Below are positions 48,677 to 58,877 of a stretch of DNA of 64,000 nucleotides, in pieces (positions within the stretch are counted from its first letter, which is position 1; each line of letters opens with the position of its first letter). The stretch is from contig OZ252100.1 in assembly GCA_965248435.1 (NCBI GenBank), forward strand, positions 2,496,001-2,560,000, in the 5' to 3' direction. This DNA is from Candidatus Latescibacterota bacterium. Lineage in GTDB: Bacteria > Latescibacterota > UBA2968 > GCA-2709665. The position numbers and the translations under genes were made by a program. The notes beneath the pieces are model-generated. The model did not search any database, was not told the origin of the DNA, and worked only from the letters and a program-made list of their open reading frames with translations.

Positions 48677-48837
48677 CCTCTGTTGGCGCACTTCTACGCG
48701 TCCCGCAAGGGCTTTGGCACTCGAACATCGCTTGACACGGACCCATCCCCTGCCTTTCATGGTGATGCAGTAATCAGATCCGTCTCTAGAATCGATTAGA
48801 TAAAGCCCCCGAGGGCATCAGGATTGCGGAGACTGAG

Positions 48838-49194
48838 ATGGCTCAGCTGCTCGTCATCGAAGACGACGACACCGTGCGAGGGCTGATACGGGTGATGCTG
48901 GAGAATGCGGGTCACGAGGTTCTTGAGGCCTCGGATGGTGAGGAAGGGGTGAGGCTCTACCGTCAAAAAAACCCCGACCTCGTCATTACCGATGTTCCAC
49001 TTCCCAAAAAAGACGGCCTGGAGGTGATGCAGGAGCTTCGAAATGACTTTCCCGACATAAAATTCATCGTCATCACGACCCACGTACTGCCAATCCTCGC
49101 CAAAGCCCTTCAGCTGGGCGCTCGCTACGCCTTTACCAAACCTTTCCGGATGCAGAAATTCCTCTCAGCCGTCGAGGAAATCCTGGCAGAATAG
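48838..49194 (+). CDS. Single-domain response regulator (receiver)
   Basis: LVIEDD, VITD, VIT, KPF. Confidence 0.88.
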   Translation: MAQLLVIEDDDTVRGLIRVMLENAGHEVLEASDGEEGVRLYRQKNPDLVITDVPLPKKDGLEVMQELRNDFPDIKFIVITTHVLPILAKALQLGARYAFTKPFRMQKFLSAVEEILAE

Positions 49195-49219
49195 TCCTCG
49201 AGCGTCCCTGTCTACCCTA

Positions 49220-49684
49220 CTACAACCGTGACTGCTTAGCGTAGTTCTCCACCTGGATGTTCGCTCCCATCAGGCGTTCGCAGAGAATCTCAACCATATT
49301 TTCGTAAATCTTGAGGCGCAGCACCTGGTCCCGAAGCAGGGTCTCCAGATCGCCGCGGCGGATTACGAAACCGGCAGACTTCTCCAGCGCGACGATGTTT
49401 GCAGATCGGGCCTGCCCGGTGAACACCCCCATCTCGCCTGTCGTCGATCCGGGAAATACCTCGCCCAGCGTTGCCCCCGACTCATTCGTGGCCCTCAGTC
49501 TCCCCTGGACCAGAATCAACATTTCGTCGCCCGGTTCTCCGATCCGGTAAATGAGCTCACTTTGACCGTAAGCTCTGTATTCACAAAATTTTAAAACACG
49601 TTGGGCCTCGCTCATCGTCAGCCGCTTAAACACCCTGACCTTCTGTATAATCGACTTAACCCGTTGAATATGCTCTCGATTCAT
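49220..49684 (-). CDS. Stand-alone cyclic-nucleotide-binding domain protein
   Basis: IY..GEPGDEM..L.QG, GEMGVFTG..RSA; no HTH. Confidence 0.85.
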   Translation of the reverse strand: MNREHIQRVKSIIQKVRVFKRLTMSEAQRVLKFCEYRAYGQSELIYRIGEPGDEMLILVQGRLRATNESGATLGEVFPGSTTGEMGVFTGQARSANIVALEKSAGFVIRRGDLETLLRDQVLRLKIYENMVEILCERLMGANIQVENYAKQSRL

Positions 49685-49800
49685 GTCCCATCTCTTCCAG
49701 GCGAAGGCTTTAGAAACCGCCCTGAGGAACCGATACTAAATAATGAATATAAGGGGAACCCATCGTCCTGTCTACGATACAATTCTGTAGACATTTCCGG

Positions 49801-49830
49801 TTGACACATACCAGTGTAAATGTTTAAGTT
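49801..49830 (+). promoter_or_regulatory. Possible sigma70 promoter upstream of fliG copy 1
   Basis: TTGACA-17 nt-TTAAGT in AT-rich tract. Confidence 0.45.
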
Positions 49831-49897
49831 TAATCAGGTTAATCAATCACTTAGCAGGTCTTATCCCCGTCCCGATCCGAAAGGTGGTGGTTGAGCC

Positions 49898-50914
49898 TTG
49901 GCTGAAGAAGAGGCTTCTGAAGAAGTATCTGCACGATCGAAAGTCGCGATCTTGATGATCGCCCTGGGCCAGGACACGACCGCCGAAGTCATGAAGTACC
50001 TGAGCGAATTCGAGATCGAGGGGATCGCACAGGCCATCGCCGAAATGGACGTGGTTACCACCGAACAGGAAGACGATGTCCTCGAGGAGTTTGAACAGCT
50101 CCTCATCGCCGGAAAATACGTCTCTCAGGGCGGGATGGATTTTGCGAGGGGTGCCCTGGAAAAGGCATTGGGTCCACGCAGAGCACAGGGCCTCCTGGAT
50201 CGCGTGACCAGCACTACCTCCAGTGGTTTTTACATGCTCCGCAATGTCGATCCGAACCAGATCATCCCCTTCATCGCCAAGGAGCACCCACAGACCATCT
50301 CGCTCATCCTCTCACAGCTGGATTCGTCTCAGGCTGCCGGCGTGCTCAACGGACTGCCCGAGGAACTTCAGGCCGACGTCTCCTACCGCATCGCGATGAT
50401 GGAGAACATCTCTCCCGAGGTGCTGCGTGAGCTCGAAGAGAGCCTCGCGCAGGACCTCCAAACGATTCTGGGCGGTCAGATCACAGAAATCGGCGGCCCA
50501 AAGGCCGTCGCCGAGATCCTCAACCGCACCGGGCGGTCCACCGAAAAGGCGGTGCTGGAGCGACTGGATGCACAGGACCCTGAGCTGGCCGAGGAAGTAC
50601 GCAACCAGATGTTCGTTTTCGACGACATCGCCAAGCTGACCGACCGCGAGATCCAGATGATCCTAAGAGAGGTGGATACAAAAGACCTGGCCGTCGCCTT
50701 GAAAGGCGGCAGCGAGGAACTGCAGGACCGAATCTTCGGCAACGTATCAGAGCGCGTCGGCACGATGATCAAGGAAGAGATGGAATTTTCGGGGCCGGTG
50801 CGGATGAGCGACGTGGAAGACGTGCAGCTCCGGGTCGTCCAGACGGTAAGGCAGTTGGAGGAAGCAGGCCAGGTCACCATCGTAAGAGGCGACTCAACAG
50901 ACTCCTTTGTCTAA
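49898..50914 (+). CDS. fliG: Flagellar motor switch protein FliG, copy 1
   Basis: K.AIL..LG, GG..FA, EHPQT, GG linker, MFVF, NVSERV...IKEE torque helix. Confidence 0.95.
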   Translation: MAEEEASEEVSARSKVAILMIALGQDTTAEVMKYLSEFEIEGIAQAIAEMDVVTTEQEDDVLEEFEQLLIAGKYVSQGGMDFARGALEKALGPRRAQGLLDRVTSTTSSGFYMLRNVDPNQIIPFIAKEHPQTISLILSQLDSSQAAGVLNGLPEELQADVSYRIAMMENISPEVLRELEESLAQDLQTILGGQITEIGGPKAVAEILNRTGRSTEKAVLERLDAQDPELAEEVRNQMFVFDDIAKLTDREIQMILREVDTKDLAVALKGGSEELQDRIFGNVSERVGTMIKEEMEFSGPVRMSDVEDVQLRVVQTVRQLEEAGQVTIVRGDSTDSFV

Positions 50915-50988
50915 ATCAGGAATACAACTCTAGCATACGGAATCAGGCCCCACCCTGCGGATGGGGCCGTGTTATTTGGGAGGACACA

Positions 50989-51339
50989 TTGGCCAGAATT
51001 CTTGTGATCGATGACGACGAGTCGATCCGGATCGGGATCCGCACGGCCCTCACGGTCGACGGTCACATCGTCGACGAGGCCGAAGACGGAGAGACTGGGC
51101 TCGATCATTACCACGAGAACTCGGCTGATATCGTGATCGTCGACCTCATGCTCCCCGATAAACAGGGCCTCGACATCATACAGGAAATCAGAACAGATCA
51201 TCCGGAGGCAAAAATCCTTGCCCTTTCCGGACGCCCGGAGATTCTCAAAAAGGCAGTTGGGCTGGGTGCAGACCAGGCATTCGAGAAACCCATAAGGATG
51301 CTCGACCTGCTCGAAACGATAAAGGGAATGCTAAGGTAG
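50989..51339 (+). CDS. Single-domain response regulator (receiver)
   Basis: ILVIDDD, VIVD, ALSG, KP; GGAGG RBS. Confidence 0.88.
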   Translation: MARILVIDDDESIRIGIRTALTVDGHIVDEAEDGETGLDHYHENSADIVIVDLMLPDKQGLDIIQEIRTDHPEAKILALSGRPEILKKAVGLGADQAFEKPIRMLDLLETIKGMLR

Positions 51340-51388
51340 ACCTTGATGTCGTGCGGCTATCCAGTGCACACCAGGAAGGAGGTAAGGT

Positions 51389-52405
51389 TTGGCTGAAGAA
51401 GAGGTTGCTGATGAAATGTCTGCGAAGATAAAAGTTGCGATCTTGATGATCGCCCTGGGCCAGGACACGACCGCCGAAGTCATGAAGTACCTGACCGAAC
51501 TTGAGGTCGAGGGGATCGCACAGGCCATCGCCGAAATGGACGTGGTTACCACCGAAATGGAAGACGATGTCCTCGAGGAGTTCGAACAGCTCCTCATCGC
51601 AGGGAAATATGTCTCCCAGGGCGGGATGGATTTTGCGAGGGGCGCCCTGGAAAAGGCCCTGGGTCCGCGCAGAGCGCAGGGCCTCCTGGATCGCGTGACC
51701 AGCACCACCTCCAGCGGTTTTTACATGCTCCGCAATGTCGACCCGAACCAGATCATCCCCTTCATCGCCAAGGAGCACCCACAGACCATCTCGCTCATCC
51801 TCTCACAGCTGGATTCGGCTCAGGCTGCCGGCGTGCTCAACGGACTGCCCGAGGAACTTCAGTCCGACGTCTCCTACCGCATCGCGATGATGGAGAACAT
51901 CTCTCCCGAGGTGCTGCGTGAGCTCGAAGAGAGCCTCGCGCAGGACCTCCAAACGATTCTGGGCGGTCAGATCACGGAAATCGGCGGCCCCAAGGCCGTC
52001 GCCGAGATCCTCAACCGCACCGGGCGGTCCACTGAAAAGGCGGTACTGGAGCGCCTGGATGCACAGGACCCCGAACTGGCCGAGGAAGTACGCAACCAGA
52101 TGTTCGTCTTCGACGACATCGCCAAGCTGACCGACCGCGAGATCCAGATGATCCTCAGAGAAGTGGATACAAAAGACCTGGCCGTCGCCTTGAAAGGTGG
52201 CAGCGAGGAACTGCAGGACCGAATCTTCGGCAACGTATCAGAGCGCGTCGGCACGATGATCAAGGAAGAGATGGAGTTCTCGGGGCCGGTGCGGATGAGC
52301 GACGTGGAAGACGTGCAGCTCCGCGTCGTCCAGACGGTAAGGCAGCTGGAGGAAGCAGGCCAGGTCACCATCGTCAGAGGCGACTCAACAGACTCCTTTG
52401 TCTAA
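51389..52405 (+). CDS. fliG: Flagellar motor switch protein FliG, copy 2
   Basis: Same motifs; 12 aa differences from copy 1 by my count. Confidence 0.95.
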   Translation: MAEEEVADEMSAKIKVAILMIALGQDTTAEVMKYLTELEVEGIAQAIAEMDVVTTEMEDDVLEEFEQLLIAGKYVSQGGMDFARGALEKALGPRRAQGLLDRVTSTTSSGFYMLRNVDPNQIIPFIAKEHPQTISLILSQLDSAQAAGVLNGLPEELQSDVSYRIAMMENISPEVLRELEESLAQDLQTILGGQITEIGGPKAVAEILNRTGRSTEKAVLERLDAQDPELAEEVRNQMFVFDDIAKLTDREIQMILREVDTKDLAVALKGGSEELQDRIFGNVSERVGTMIKEEMEFSGPVRMSDVEDVQLRVVQTVRQLEEAGQVTIVRGDSTDSFV

Positions 52406-52464
52406 TTCCCCACTTCAGAACAGCTTTGTAATCCCCCACCTTGATGATCCTATCCGGAGGCCGA

Positions 52465-53583
52465 GTGTCAAAACTCGAACGGCGTGACTTTCTGAAAAAA
52501 GCATCCGCGGCCACGCTGGCCGGCGGTGTGTCGGTTGTTGCCGGCTGCGCCGCTCCGGGAGAAGAGCAGGCACCCACAATCAGGTCTGACAAGAAGTTCG
52601 AGTGGAAGATGGTCACGACCTGGCCCCCTCACTTTCCAATTCTGGGCGAGAGCGCCGACTTGATCGCGAAGTGGGTGGAGGAAATGTCGGATGGTCGGCT
52701 CAAGATCCACGTCTACGGCGGAGGAGAACTGATCCCCCCGTTCGAAGGATTCGACGCCGTCAGCCAGGGCGTTGTGGAAATGTGCCACGGCGCATCTTAC
52801 TACTGGGCCGGGAAGGCACCCGCCGCGCAGTTCTTTTCCGCTGTGCCGTTTGGGATGAATGCCCAACAGATGAACGCCTGGCTCTACAGTGGTGGAGGTT
52901 TGCAGCTTTGGGAAGAGCTATACGAGCCATTCGACCTCGTGCCCATGCCGGTCGGGAACACCGGGTTTCAGATGGGAGGATGGTTCAACCTGGAAATTCG
53001 CTCCGTAGCCGATCTGAAAGGCCTGAAGATGAGAATCCCTGGCCTTGGTGGCAAAGTAATCGCAAAGGCCGGAGGCTCGGCGGTGCTTTCCGCGGGCGGA
53101 GAGGTCTACACCAACCTGGAGCGAGGGGTAATCGACGCGACCGAATGGATCGGTCCCTACCACGACTACCTGATGGGCTTCTACAAGGCCGCAAAATACT
53201 ACTATTACCCGGGCTGGCACGAACCCGGGACGGCCATCGAACTCGTAGTCAATAAGACCGCCTTTGACCAACTGCCCAAGGATCTCCAGTCCATCGTGAG
53301 ATCGGCTGCAGCGCGCTCGAACCTCTGGTCCCTTTCCGAGTTTGAATCAAAAAACAACACCTACATGCGGACCTTGATCGACAAACACGATGTCCAGCTC
53401 AGGAAGTTTCCGGATGAAGTGCTCCGTGCCTTTCGGGCCTTCTCGGAGGAGGTCGTCGATGAACTCGTGTCCACCGATCCGATGAGCAGAAAGGTCTTCG
53501 AGTCGTTCGATACGTTCCGACGCGACGTCTCGGGATGGGCAGAGGTCTCTGAGAAAGTGTATTACTCTAGCATCGGCGGTTAG
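52465..53583 (+). CDS. TRAP transporter substrate-binding protein (DctP/TakP-like, Tat signal)
   Basis: RRDFLK Tat motif, WKMVTTWP, SYYW.GK, GNTG.QMGGWF, KMRIPGLGG, YYPGWHE. Confidence 0.92.
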   Translation: MSKLERRDFLKKASAATLAGGVSVVAGCAAPGEEQAPTIRSDKKFEWKMVTTWPPHFPILGESADLIAKWVEEMSDGRLKIHVYGGGELIPPFEGFDAVSQGVVEMCHGASYYWAGKAPAAQFFSAVPFGMNAQQMNAWLYSGGGLQLWEELYEPFDLVPMPVGNTGFQMGGWFNLEIRSVADLKGLKMRIPGLGGKVIAKAGGSAVLSAGGEVYTNLERGVIDATEWIGPYHDYLMGFYKAAKYYYYPGWHEPGTAIELVVNKTAFDQLPKDLQSIVRSAAARSNLWSLSEFESKNNTYMRTLIDKHDVQLRKFPDEVLRAFRAFSEEVVDELVSTDPMSRKVFESFDTFRRDVSGWAEVSEKVYYSSIGG

Positions 53584-53610
53584 CTGGCAGCACGCAATCT
53601 ACAAGTAAAA

Positions 53611-53643
53611 GAAAACCCGGAATTCGTTTCCGGGCTTTTTTTA
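53611..53643. terminator. Rho-independent terminator between convergent TRAP genes
   Basis: aaaa-cccgga-attcgtt-tccggg-cttttttt. Confidence 0.75.
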
Positions 53644-53688
53644 TGCCGATCTTCCGATCCACGATCCACGCCACCAAGGTCCTGATCT

Positions 53689-55008
53689 CTATTTAGACAG
53701 GAACTCGGGCAGCCAGGTAGCCATCTCCGGGAAGAGCACAACCAGACCCAATCCGACAAGCTGGATCACGACAAAAGGTACGATGCCCCTGTAGATCTGC
53801 CCGGTTCGAATCTCGGGTGGGGCCACACCCTTCAGATAGAAGAGTGAAAATCCGAAAGGGGGTGTGAGGAACGACGTCTGCAGGTTCATCGCGATGAGTA
53901 CGCCGATCCAAAGCAGGTTCATGTCGAGCGCAGTGAAGATAGGGGCGACAACCGGGACAATGATAAACGTGATCTCGATGAAATCGATGAAAAACCCTGC
54001 AACGAAGATCATCACCATCACTAGCGCCAGGAACGTGTGAGGACCCATCTCCGCATCCAGAATGAGGCGCGTCAAATAAGCATCTCCGCGCATTCCCCTG
54101 AACACGAGTCCGAACGCCGTCGCGCCGACGAGGATGATGAATACCATGCAGGTAAGATGGGTCGTGGATGCCATAACCGATCTCAGCGTCTCATACGTGA
54201 GCTTCCTTTGCGCCACCGTCAGTAGCGTCGCGCCCAGGGCGCCGACCGCAGCCGCCTCAGTCGGGGAGGCCACGCCGGCGAAAATCGATCCAAGAACCGC
54301 CGTAATGAGGAGGAAGGGGAGAAAAAAGGCCCGCATCACCCGAACGACCATCGCCCGCCCTTTAAACTGATCAAGCACCTCTTTCGGCATCGCGGGCGCA
54401 GACTTCGGGCGGAAGATGCTCACGCAAACGATCCAGAGCAGATAGAGAGAGACCAGCGAAAAGCCAGGCACGACGGCACCTAGAAACATGTCGCCGACCG
54501 AGACGTTCAGGACGCTGCCAAGCAGGACGAGCACGATGCTGGGCGGAATGATCTGGCCGAGCGTTCCCGACGCCGAGATGGTCCCTGTCGCCAGGCGAGG
54601 ATCGTAGCCCCGCTTCAACATCGTGGGCAGACTCAAAAGGCCCATCGTAACCACTGTCGCTCCCACGATCCCCGTCGATGCCCCCAGAAGCGCACCCACC
54701 GCCACGACGGAAATGGCGAGCCCACCCCGAAGGCGGCCGAACAGCAACGCCATCGTCTCCAGGAGATCCTCGGCCAGCCCTGACTTTTCCAACATGACCC
54801 CCATGTAGACGAACAACGGAACCGCGATCAGAACGTAATTCGTCATCACGCCCCAGATCCTGAGTGGGAGCAGGTTGAAGAAGTGCATCCCGAATGTCAA
54901 GTAACCGAGGATAAAAGAGACCCCCCCCAGCGTGAACGCCACAGGGTACCCAAACAACAGCGCGACGAAAAGCACCAGGAAGAGGATCAGGGGCATGCTC
55001 TCCATCAT
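53689..55008 (-). CDS. TRAP transporter large permease (DctM)
   Basis: [41 protein letters not shown]. Confidence 0.93.
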   Translation of the reverse strand: MMESMPLILFLVLFVALLFGYPVAFTLGGVSFILGYLTFGMHFFNLLPLRIWGVMTNYVLIAVPLFVYMGVMLEKSGLAEDLLETMALLFGRLRGGLAISVVAVGALLGASTGIVGATVVTMGLLSLPTMLKRGYDPRLATGTISASGTLGQIIPPSIVLVLLGSVLNVSVGDMFLGAVVPGFSLVSLYLLWIVCVSIFRPKSAPAMPKEVLDQFKGRAMVVRVMRAFFLPFLLITAVLGSIFAGVASPTEAAAVGALGATLLTVAQRKLTYETLRSVMASTTHLTCMVFIILVGATAFGLVFRGMRGDAYLTRLILDAEMGPHTFLALVMVMIFVAGFFIDFIEITFIIVPVVAPIFTALDMNLLWIGVLIAMNLQTSFLTPPFGFSLFYLKGVAPPEIRTGQIYRGIVPFVVIQLVGLGLVVLFPEMATWLPEFLSK

Positions 55009-55541
55009 AGCACCGGCCGCCTTTCATCACCTCCGCCTTCCACAATCTTCAGCAAAGATTTCAGTGCCAGGGAGATGCCCTGCAGGGCCAGCAAAAGGAA
55101 TCCCGTGGGGATCGCAGCCTTCAGGACGAACCTCGCCGGAAGCCCGCCAGGATCGGGCGACGTCTCTCCGATGATGAACGCACTCGTGACAAACGTCTTC
55201 GAACTCCATATCGCGACGAGGCAGAACGGGATCAGGAAGAGCACGCTCCCGAAAAAGTCGACCCAGGCCTTCGACTTTTTTGAAAGTCTCCCGTAAACCA
55301 CATCCACGCGGACGTGACCGTCGTGCTTCAGGGTGTAGGCCGCACCGAACAGAAAAATCACGGCGAACAGGTGCCATTCCAACTCCTGCACGGCAACGAT
55401 ACTGCTCTTCAGCAGGTAGCGCGTGAACACGTCATAGCAGACCACGAGCACCAGCAGCGTGGTCAGCCACGACACCCCGGAACCGACCTTTTCGTTCAGA
55501 CCATCTATGAACCGAACATACGCACGTGCAAATCTCACCAT
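55005..55541 (-). CDS. TRAP transporter small permease (DctQ)
   Basis: [21 protein letters not shown]; four hydrophobic segments. Confidence 0.92.
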   Translation of the reverse strand: MVRFARAYVRFIDGLNEKVGSGVSWLTTLLVLVVCYDVFTRYLLKSSIVAVQELEWHLFAVIFLFGAAYTLKHDGHVRVDVVYGRLSKKSKAWVDFFGSVLFLIPFCLVAIWSSKTFVTSAFIIGETSPDPGGLPARFVLKAAIPTGFLLLALQGISLALKSLLKIVEGGGDERRPVL

Positions 55542-55555
55542 GACCTCACTCGTCC

Positions 55556-56929
55556 TCAGTAAGCCCGTCGGATGCCTTCCAGCTTCTGGTTTTCCTTCGC
55601 GCTCGCATCCACCGCTTCTGGATCAACAATGCTGCAAAGTGCCTCGTGCAGCTCGGACTGAACGTGTCGAAACACCGGATCCTGAGAGAGGTCCCTGAAT
55701 TCACCCGGGTCCTCCTTCACGTTGAACAGCTGGGGACCGTGCCCGACATAATAGTTGTACTTGAAGTCACCTGTCTTGATCATAAAACCTGCGTTCAACA
55801 TGCCCTGGGCGTGGTACTCGCTCAAAACGATCTGGTCCGAATTGTCCATGCCGTCCAGATATCCCGTCAGGCCCTTCCCTGGAAGACCCCCGGGGACTTC
55901 GAGCCCCGCCAGTTCCAGGATTGTCGGCACGCAGTCCACGAGACTCACATTTTTGTCGACCCGTCTCCCCCCGGGGAGGTCGGGCGTTCTAACGAGCATC
56001 GGGACCCGGACAGATGGCTCGTAAAAGCACTGTTTCTGCCAGATTCCGTGCTGCCCTCCCATCTCTCCGTGGTCGCTCACGTAAATGACCACCGTGTTCT
56101 CCCTCAGACGGGAGCTGTCGATCGCCTCCAGCATTCTACCGATGTTATGATCGGTCATTGTAATCAGGGCATAATAGCTCGCTAGGGCCCGGCGGGTCAG
56201 TTCCTCGGGAAGTTCATCCTCGTGGTGATGGTAGCGCCTGAGGTGTCGGATGACCGGATGCTGGCTTTCCAGCGTTTCCTCGTTCAAATCCGGCAAATCG
56301 ATCCGATCCGGGTCGTAAATCTCGAAATAGGCTTCGGGGGCGATCAGCGGAAAGTGCGGGCACATAAGCCCGCTCACCAGCAGCCACGGGTCATCGTCCG
56401 GAGCTTCAGCCCGGCTTTTGAGAAACCTCACGGTGAGATCGGTCACCGTATCATCGTAGGTCTGGTAAACGCTTCCTCCCGGCCCGCATTCCGCCACGTG
56501 CGAGTTGCTGCCGCGCCTGGCCCCCTTTGTTCGTTTCGGTGTCTGGCTGTAGGACTGCCACCTCGTGATGTCATCGTAGAGTCGCCTTCCAAATCCGTGA
56601 AGACGGTCTTCTCCGATCATATGCATCCGGCCACAAAGCACCGTACCGTATCCTGCCGCTTCAGAATAGTGGGCGAAGGTCGGAATTTCGGACTTCAGCG
56701 GCGAGCCGTTGTCCCAGACGCCGATCTGATGGCAGTATCTGCCGGTCAGAAAAGACATCCGCGAAGGGACGCATAACGGTGAATTGCAGTAGGCATGGTC
56801 AAAAACGACACCCTCGCGCGCCATCCTATCGAGATGAGGGGTTTGCACGACCGGGTGACCGTAGCAGCCGGTCACGGAAGGATCGTGCTCGTCCGACAAG
56901 ATCAAAAGAATGTTGGGTCGTTCGATCAC
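55556..56929 (-). CDS. Sulfatase (choline-sulfatase-like)
   Basis: SDEH, CVPSR, GRMH, PHFP, SDHG, K..FYE.S.RVP. Confidence 0.9.
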   Translation of the reverse strand: MIERPNILLILSDEHDPSVTGCYGHPVVQTPHLDRMAREGVVFDHAYCNSPLCVPSRMSFLTGRYCHQIGVWDNGSPLKSEIPTFAHYSEAAGYGTVLCGRMHMIGEDRLHGFGRRLYDDITRWQSYSQTPKRTKGARRGSNSHVAECGPGGSVYQTYDDTVTDLTVRFLKSRAEAPDDDPWLLVSGLMCPHFPLIAPEAYFEIYDPDRIDLPDLNEETLESQHPVIRHLRRYHHHEDELPEELTRRALASYYALITMTDHNIGRMLEAIDSSRLRENTVVIYVSDHGEMGGQHGIWQKQCFYEPSVRVPMLVRTPDLPGGRRVDKNVSLVDCVPTILELAGLEVPGGLPGKGLTGYLDGMDNSDQIVLSEYHAQGMLNAGFMIKTGDFKYNYYVGHGPQLFNVKEDPGEFRDLSQDPVFRHVQSELHEALCSIVDPEAVDASAKENQKLEGIRRAY

Positions 56930-57089
56930 AATCCGTGCCTGTAAGTCGTGTCGACGCGTTGAACGGTTCGGGTGGCGATTCAGTGAACCAATGATATGTC
57001 CTGATCCTGCTTTGTAAAAGCGAGTTTTTTCTGTTTATTCCGTTTCAGAGACACCTGTCCCAAGAACCCCCTACGGATTGATCAATACG

Positions 57090-57686
57090 ATGCCCAGAGG
57101 AAAGCCGTTCCAAATCGTCGGTGTAGACCTGGCGGGTTCTCCAAACCGCCCGACGGGTCTGTGCATCCTGTCTGGCAGGACGGCGCGCACACAGGTGTTA
57201 TTCGAGGATGCGGAAATACTCGAGGCCGTTTTTCGGACCAGGCCGAATGTCGTCCCAATCGATGCGCCGCTGAGTCTTCCGGAGGGAAGAAAATCGATTC
57301 ACGACCGCAACGGCACCCATCTCAGAAAATGTGACCGTGAGCTGCAGCGCCTGGGCATCAGGTTCTTTCCGATTACCCTCGGTCCGATGCGCATGTTGAC
57401 GGAGCGCGGACTTGAAATCAAGAAAAAAATAGAAGCCATGGGATACCGTGCTGTAGAGTGTTACCCCGGCGGGGCTCAGGATGTGTGGAATATCCCCCGC
57501 AAGCAGCACGATATGGCCGGGCTCCGTTCCGGGCTTACCAGATTAGGAGTAAAGGGGATTACAGCGGAGATGGACGACCACGAACTCGATGCCGTAACGG
57601 CCGCACTCGTCGGCCGTTACGAGGTAATGGGAAAAGCGGAAATGTTGGGAGGAAGCAACGGCATCCTGATGCCGAGGTCAAGTTGA
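57090..57686 (+). CDS. DUF429-like predicted nuclease (RNase H fold)
   Basis: GVDLA, IDAPL, R.CD.EL, E.YP, HELDA..AA. Confidence 0.75.
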   Translation: MPRGKPFQIVGVDLAGSPNRPTGLCILSGRTARTQVLFEDAEILEAVFRTRPNVVPIDAPLSLPEGRKSIHDRNGTHLRKCDRELQRLGIRFFPITLGPMRMLTERGLEIKKKIEAMGYRAVECYPGGAQDVWNIPRKQHDMAGLRSGLTRLGVKGITAEMDDHELDAVTAALVGRYEVMGKAEMLGGSNGILMPRSS

Positions 57687-57712
57687 GCATCGGAGCACCC
57701 GGCAAGTTGTGT

Positions 57713-57741
57713 TTGACAATGATGCCCCGTATGACCATAAT
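57713..57741 (+). promoter_or_regulatory. sigma70-type promoter
   Basis: TTGACA-17 nt-CATAAT upstream of receiver gene. Confidence 0.7.
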
Positions 57742-57792
57742 TCTGGAGTAGGGGTGACAGAACCGGATGAATCGGAATCACGGAGGCACAGA

Positions 57793-58158
57793 ATGGCCCG
57801 AATCTTGATCATTGAAGACGACGAGATGATGTCTAAAATGGTCGCCCAGGCGATTCAAAATCAAGGCCACGAGACCATTCAGGCCGCCGACGGTGATGAA
57901 GGCCTGCGACTCTTTCGCGAAAACCCGACCGATGTCGTCATCACGGACATCCTCATGCCGGAAAAGGAAGGCATCGCCACGATCCACGAACTGAAGCGTG
58001 AGTTTCCCGATGCAAAAATTATCGCGGTCTCGGGCGGAGGATTCACGGGCAAAGATTACCTTCCCATGGCCAAGGACCTGGGCGCCGACTATACCTTCCC
58101 GAAGCCCTTCCGGATCGAAGAGCTCATTCAGGCCTTGAATGAACTGCTTGCGAAATGA
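57793..58158 (+). CDS. Single-domain response regulator (receiver)
   Basis: ILIIEDD, VITDILMP, AVSGG, KPF; GGAGG RBS. Confidence 0.9.
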   Translation: MARILIIEDDEMMSKMVAQAIQNQGHETIQAADGDEGLRLFRENPTDVVITDILMPEKEGIATIHELKREFPDAKIIAVSGGGFTGKDYLPMAKDLGADYTFPKPFRIEELIQALNELLAK

Positions 58159-58174
58159 TCCGGAGAGATGAGGA

Positions 58175-58699
58175 GTGCCGAAAATGAATGATGGACAAAA
58201 ACTTACTGAGGACACACTCCAAAGTGTTGAGGTCTTCAATGGCCTCAACCCGGACGAAATTCAACGTCTTCTCTCGATCTGTATCTTTCAGTCATTCGAA
58301 GAGAGTCATACGATCTACAGTGTGGATGCCCCGAGTGATGACATGTTTATCCTGCTTACGGGACGTCTCCTTGTCAGGAGTAAGACTAGAGAAATCCTCG
58401 GAATGGTCCTTCCTGGAATGCCTACCGGCGAGATGGGGCTCTTCACCGGAAGGCCGAGGTCTGCAGATGTGATCACCGACGAAGCGTCGACAGGTCTGTT
58501 GATTCGCAAGTCGGATCTGATCCCCATCCTTCAAAGAGATCTCCAACTGCACAACAGGCTGTTGCAGAACATCGTCGAGCTTCTGTGCAAGCGAATCATG
58601 GACGCGAACTGGTACATCGACACCTACGCCCTGGTCGTACACGAAATCCAGGATGAGATAGAAACGACGCTGGGCAGAAAGAAGAAGGACGCTGAATAA
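58175..58699 (+). CDS. Stand-alone cyclic-nucleotide-binding domain protein
   Basis: GEMGLFTGRPRSA; paralogue of 49220-49684. Confidence 0.85.
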   Translation: MPKMNDGQKLTEDTLQSVEVFNGLNPDEIQRLLSICIFQSFEESHTIYSVDAPSDDMFILLTGRLLVRSKTREILGMVLPGMPTGEMGLFTGRPRSADVITDEASTGLLIRKSDLIPILQRDLQLHNRLLQNIVELLCKRIMDANWYIDTYALVVHEIQDEIETTLGRKKKDAE

Positions 58700-58877
58700 G
58701 GGTCTGCAGCGGCTCCCGCTCCACCTACAAGATTTCAGCAAAGAACTCTCCCTGGATTCAATCTTTTTTACCTCATGGAAAGCCTGATTGGCTTTCCATT
58801 TTTGTTTCTCTATATTGGGGCCTGCGTTTAGGAGGGCCCGGCGCGATTGGTTCACGCCGACAAGAAGACGAAAGCGC

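Noticed and set aside
48714-48732. Second sigma54 promoter (TTGGCAC)
   Set aside because: No GC at the required GG-N10-GC spacing.
49898-52405. fliG duplication as a simple assembly repeat
   Set aside because: Copies differ at many synonymous and N-terminal sites and have different flanks and RBSs; a strain chimera cannot be fully excluded without reads.
45894-52405. Flagellar or chemotaxis operon
   Set aside because: No fliF, fliM, fliN, motB, cheA, cheW or chemoreceptor recognised in the window.
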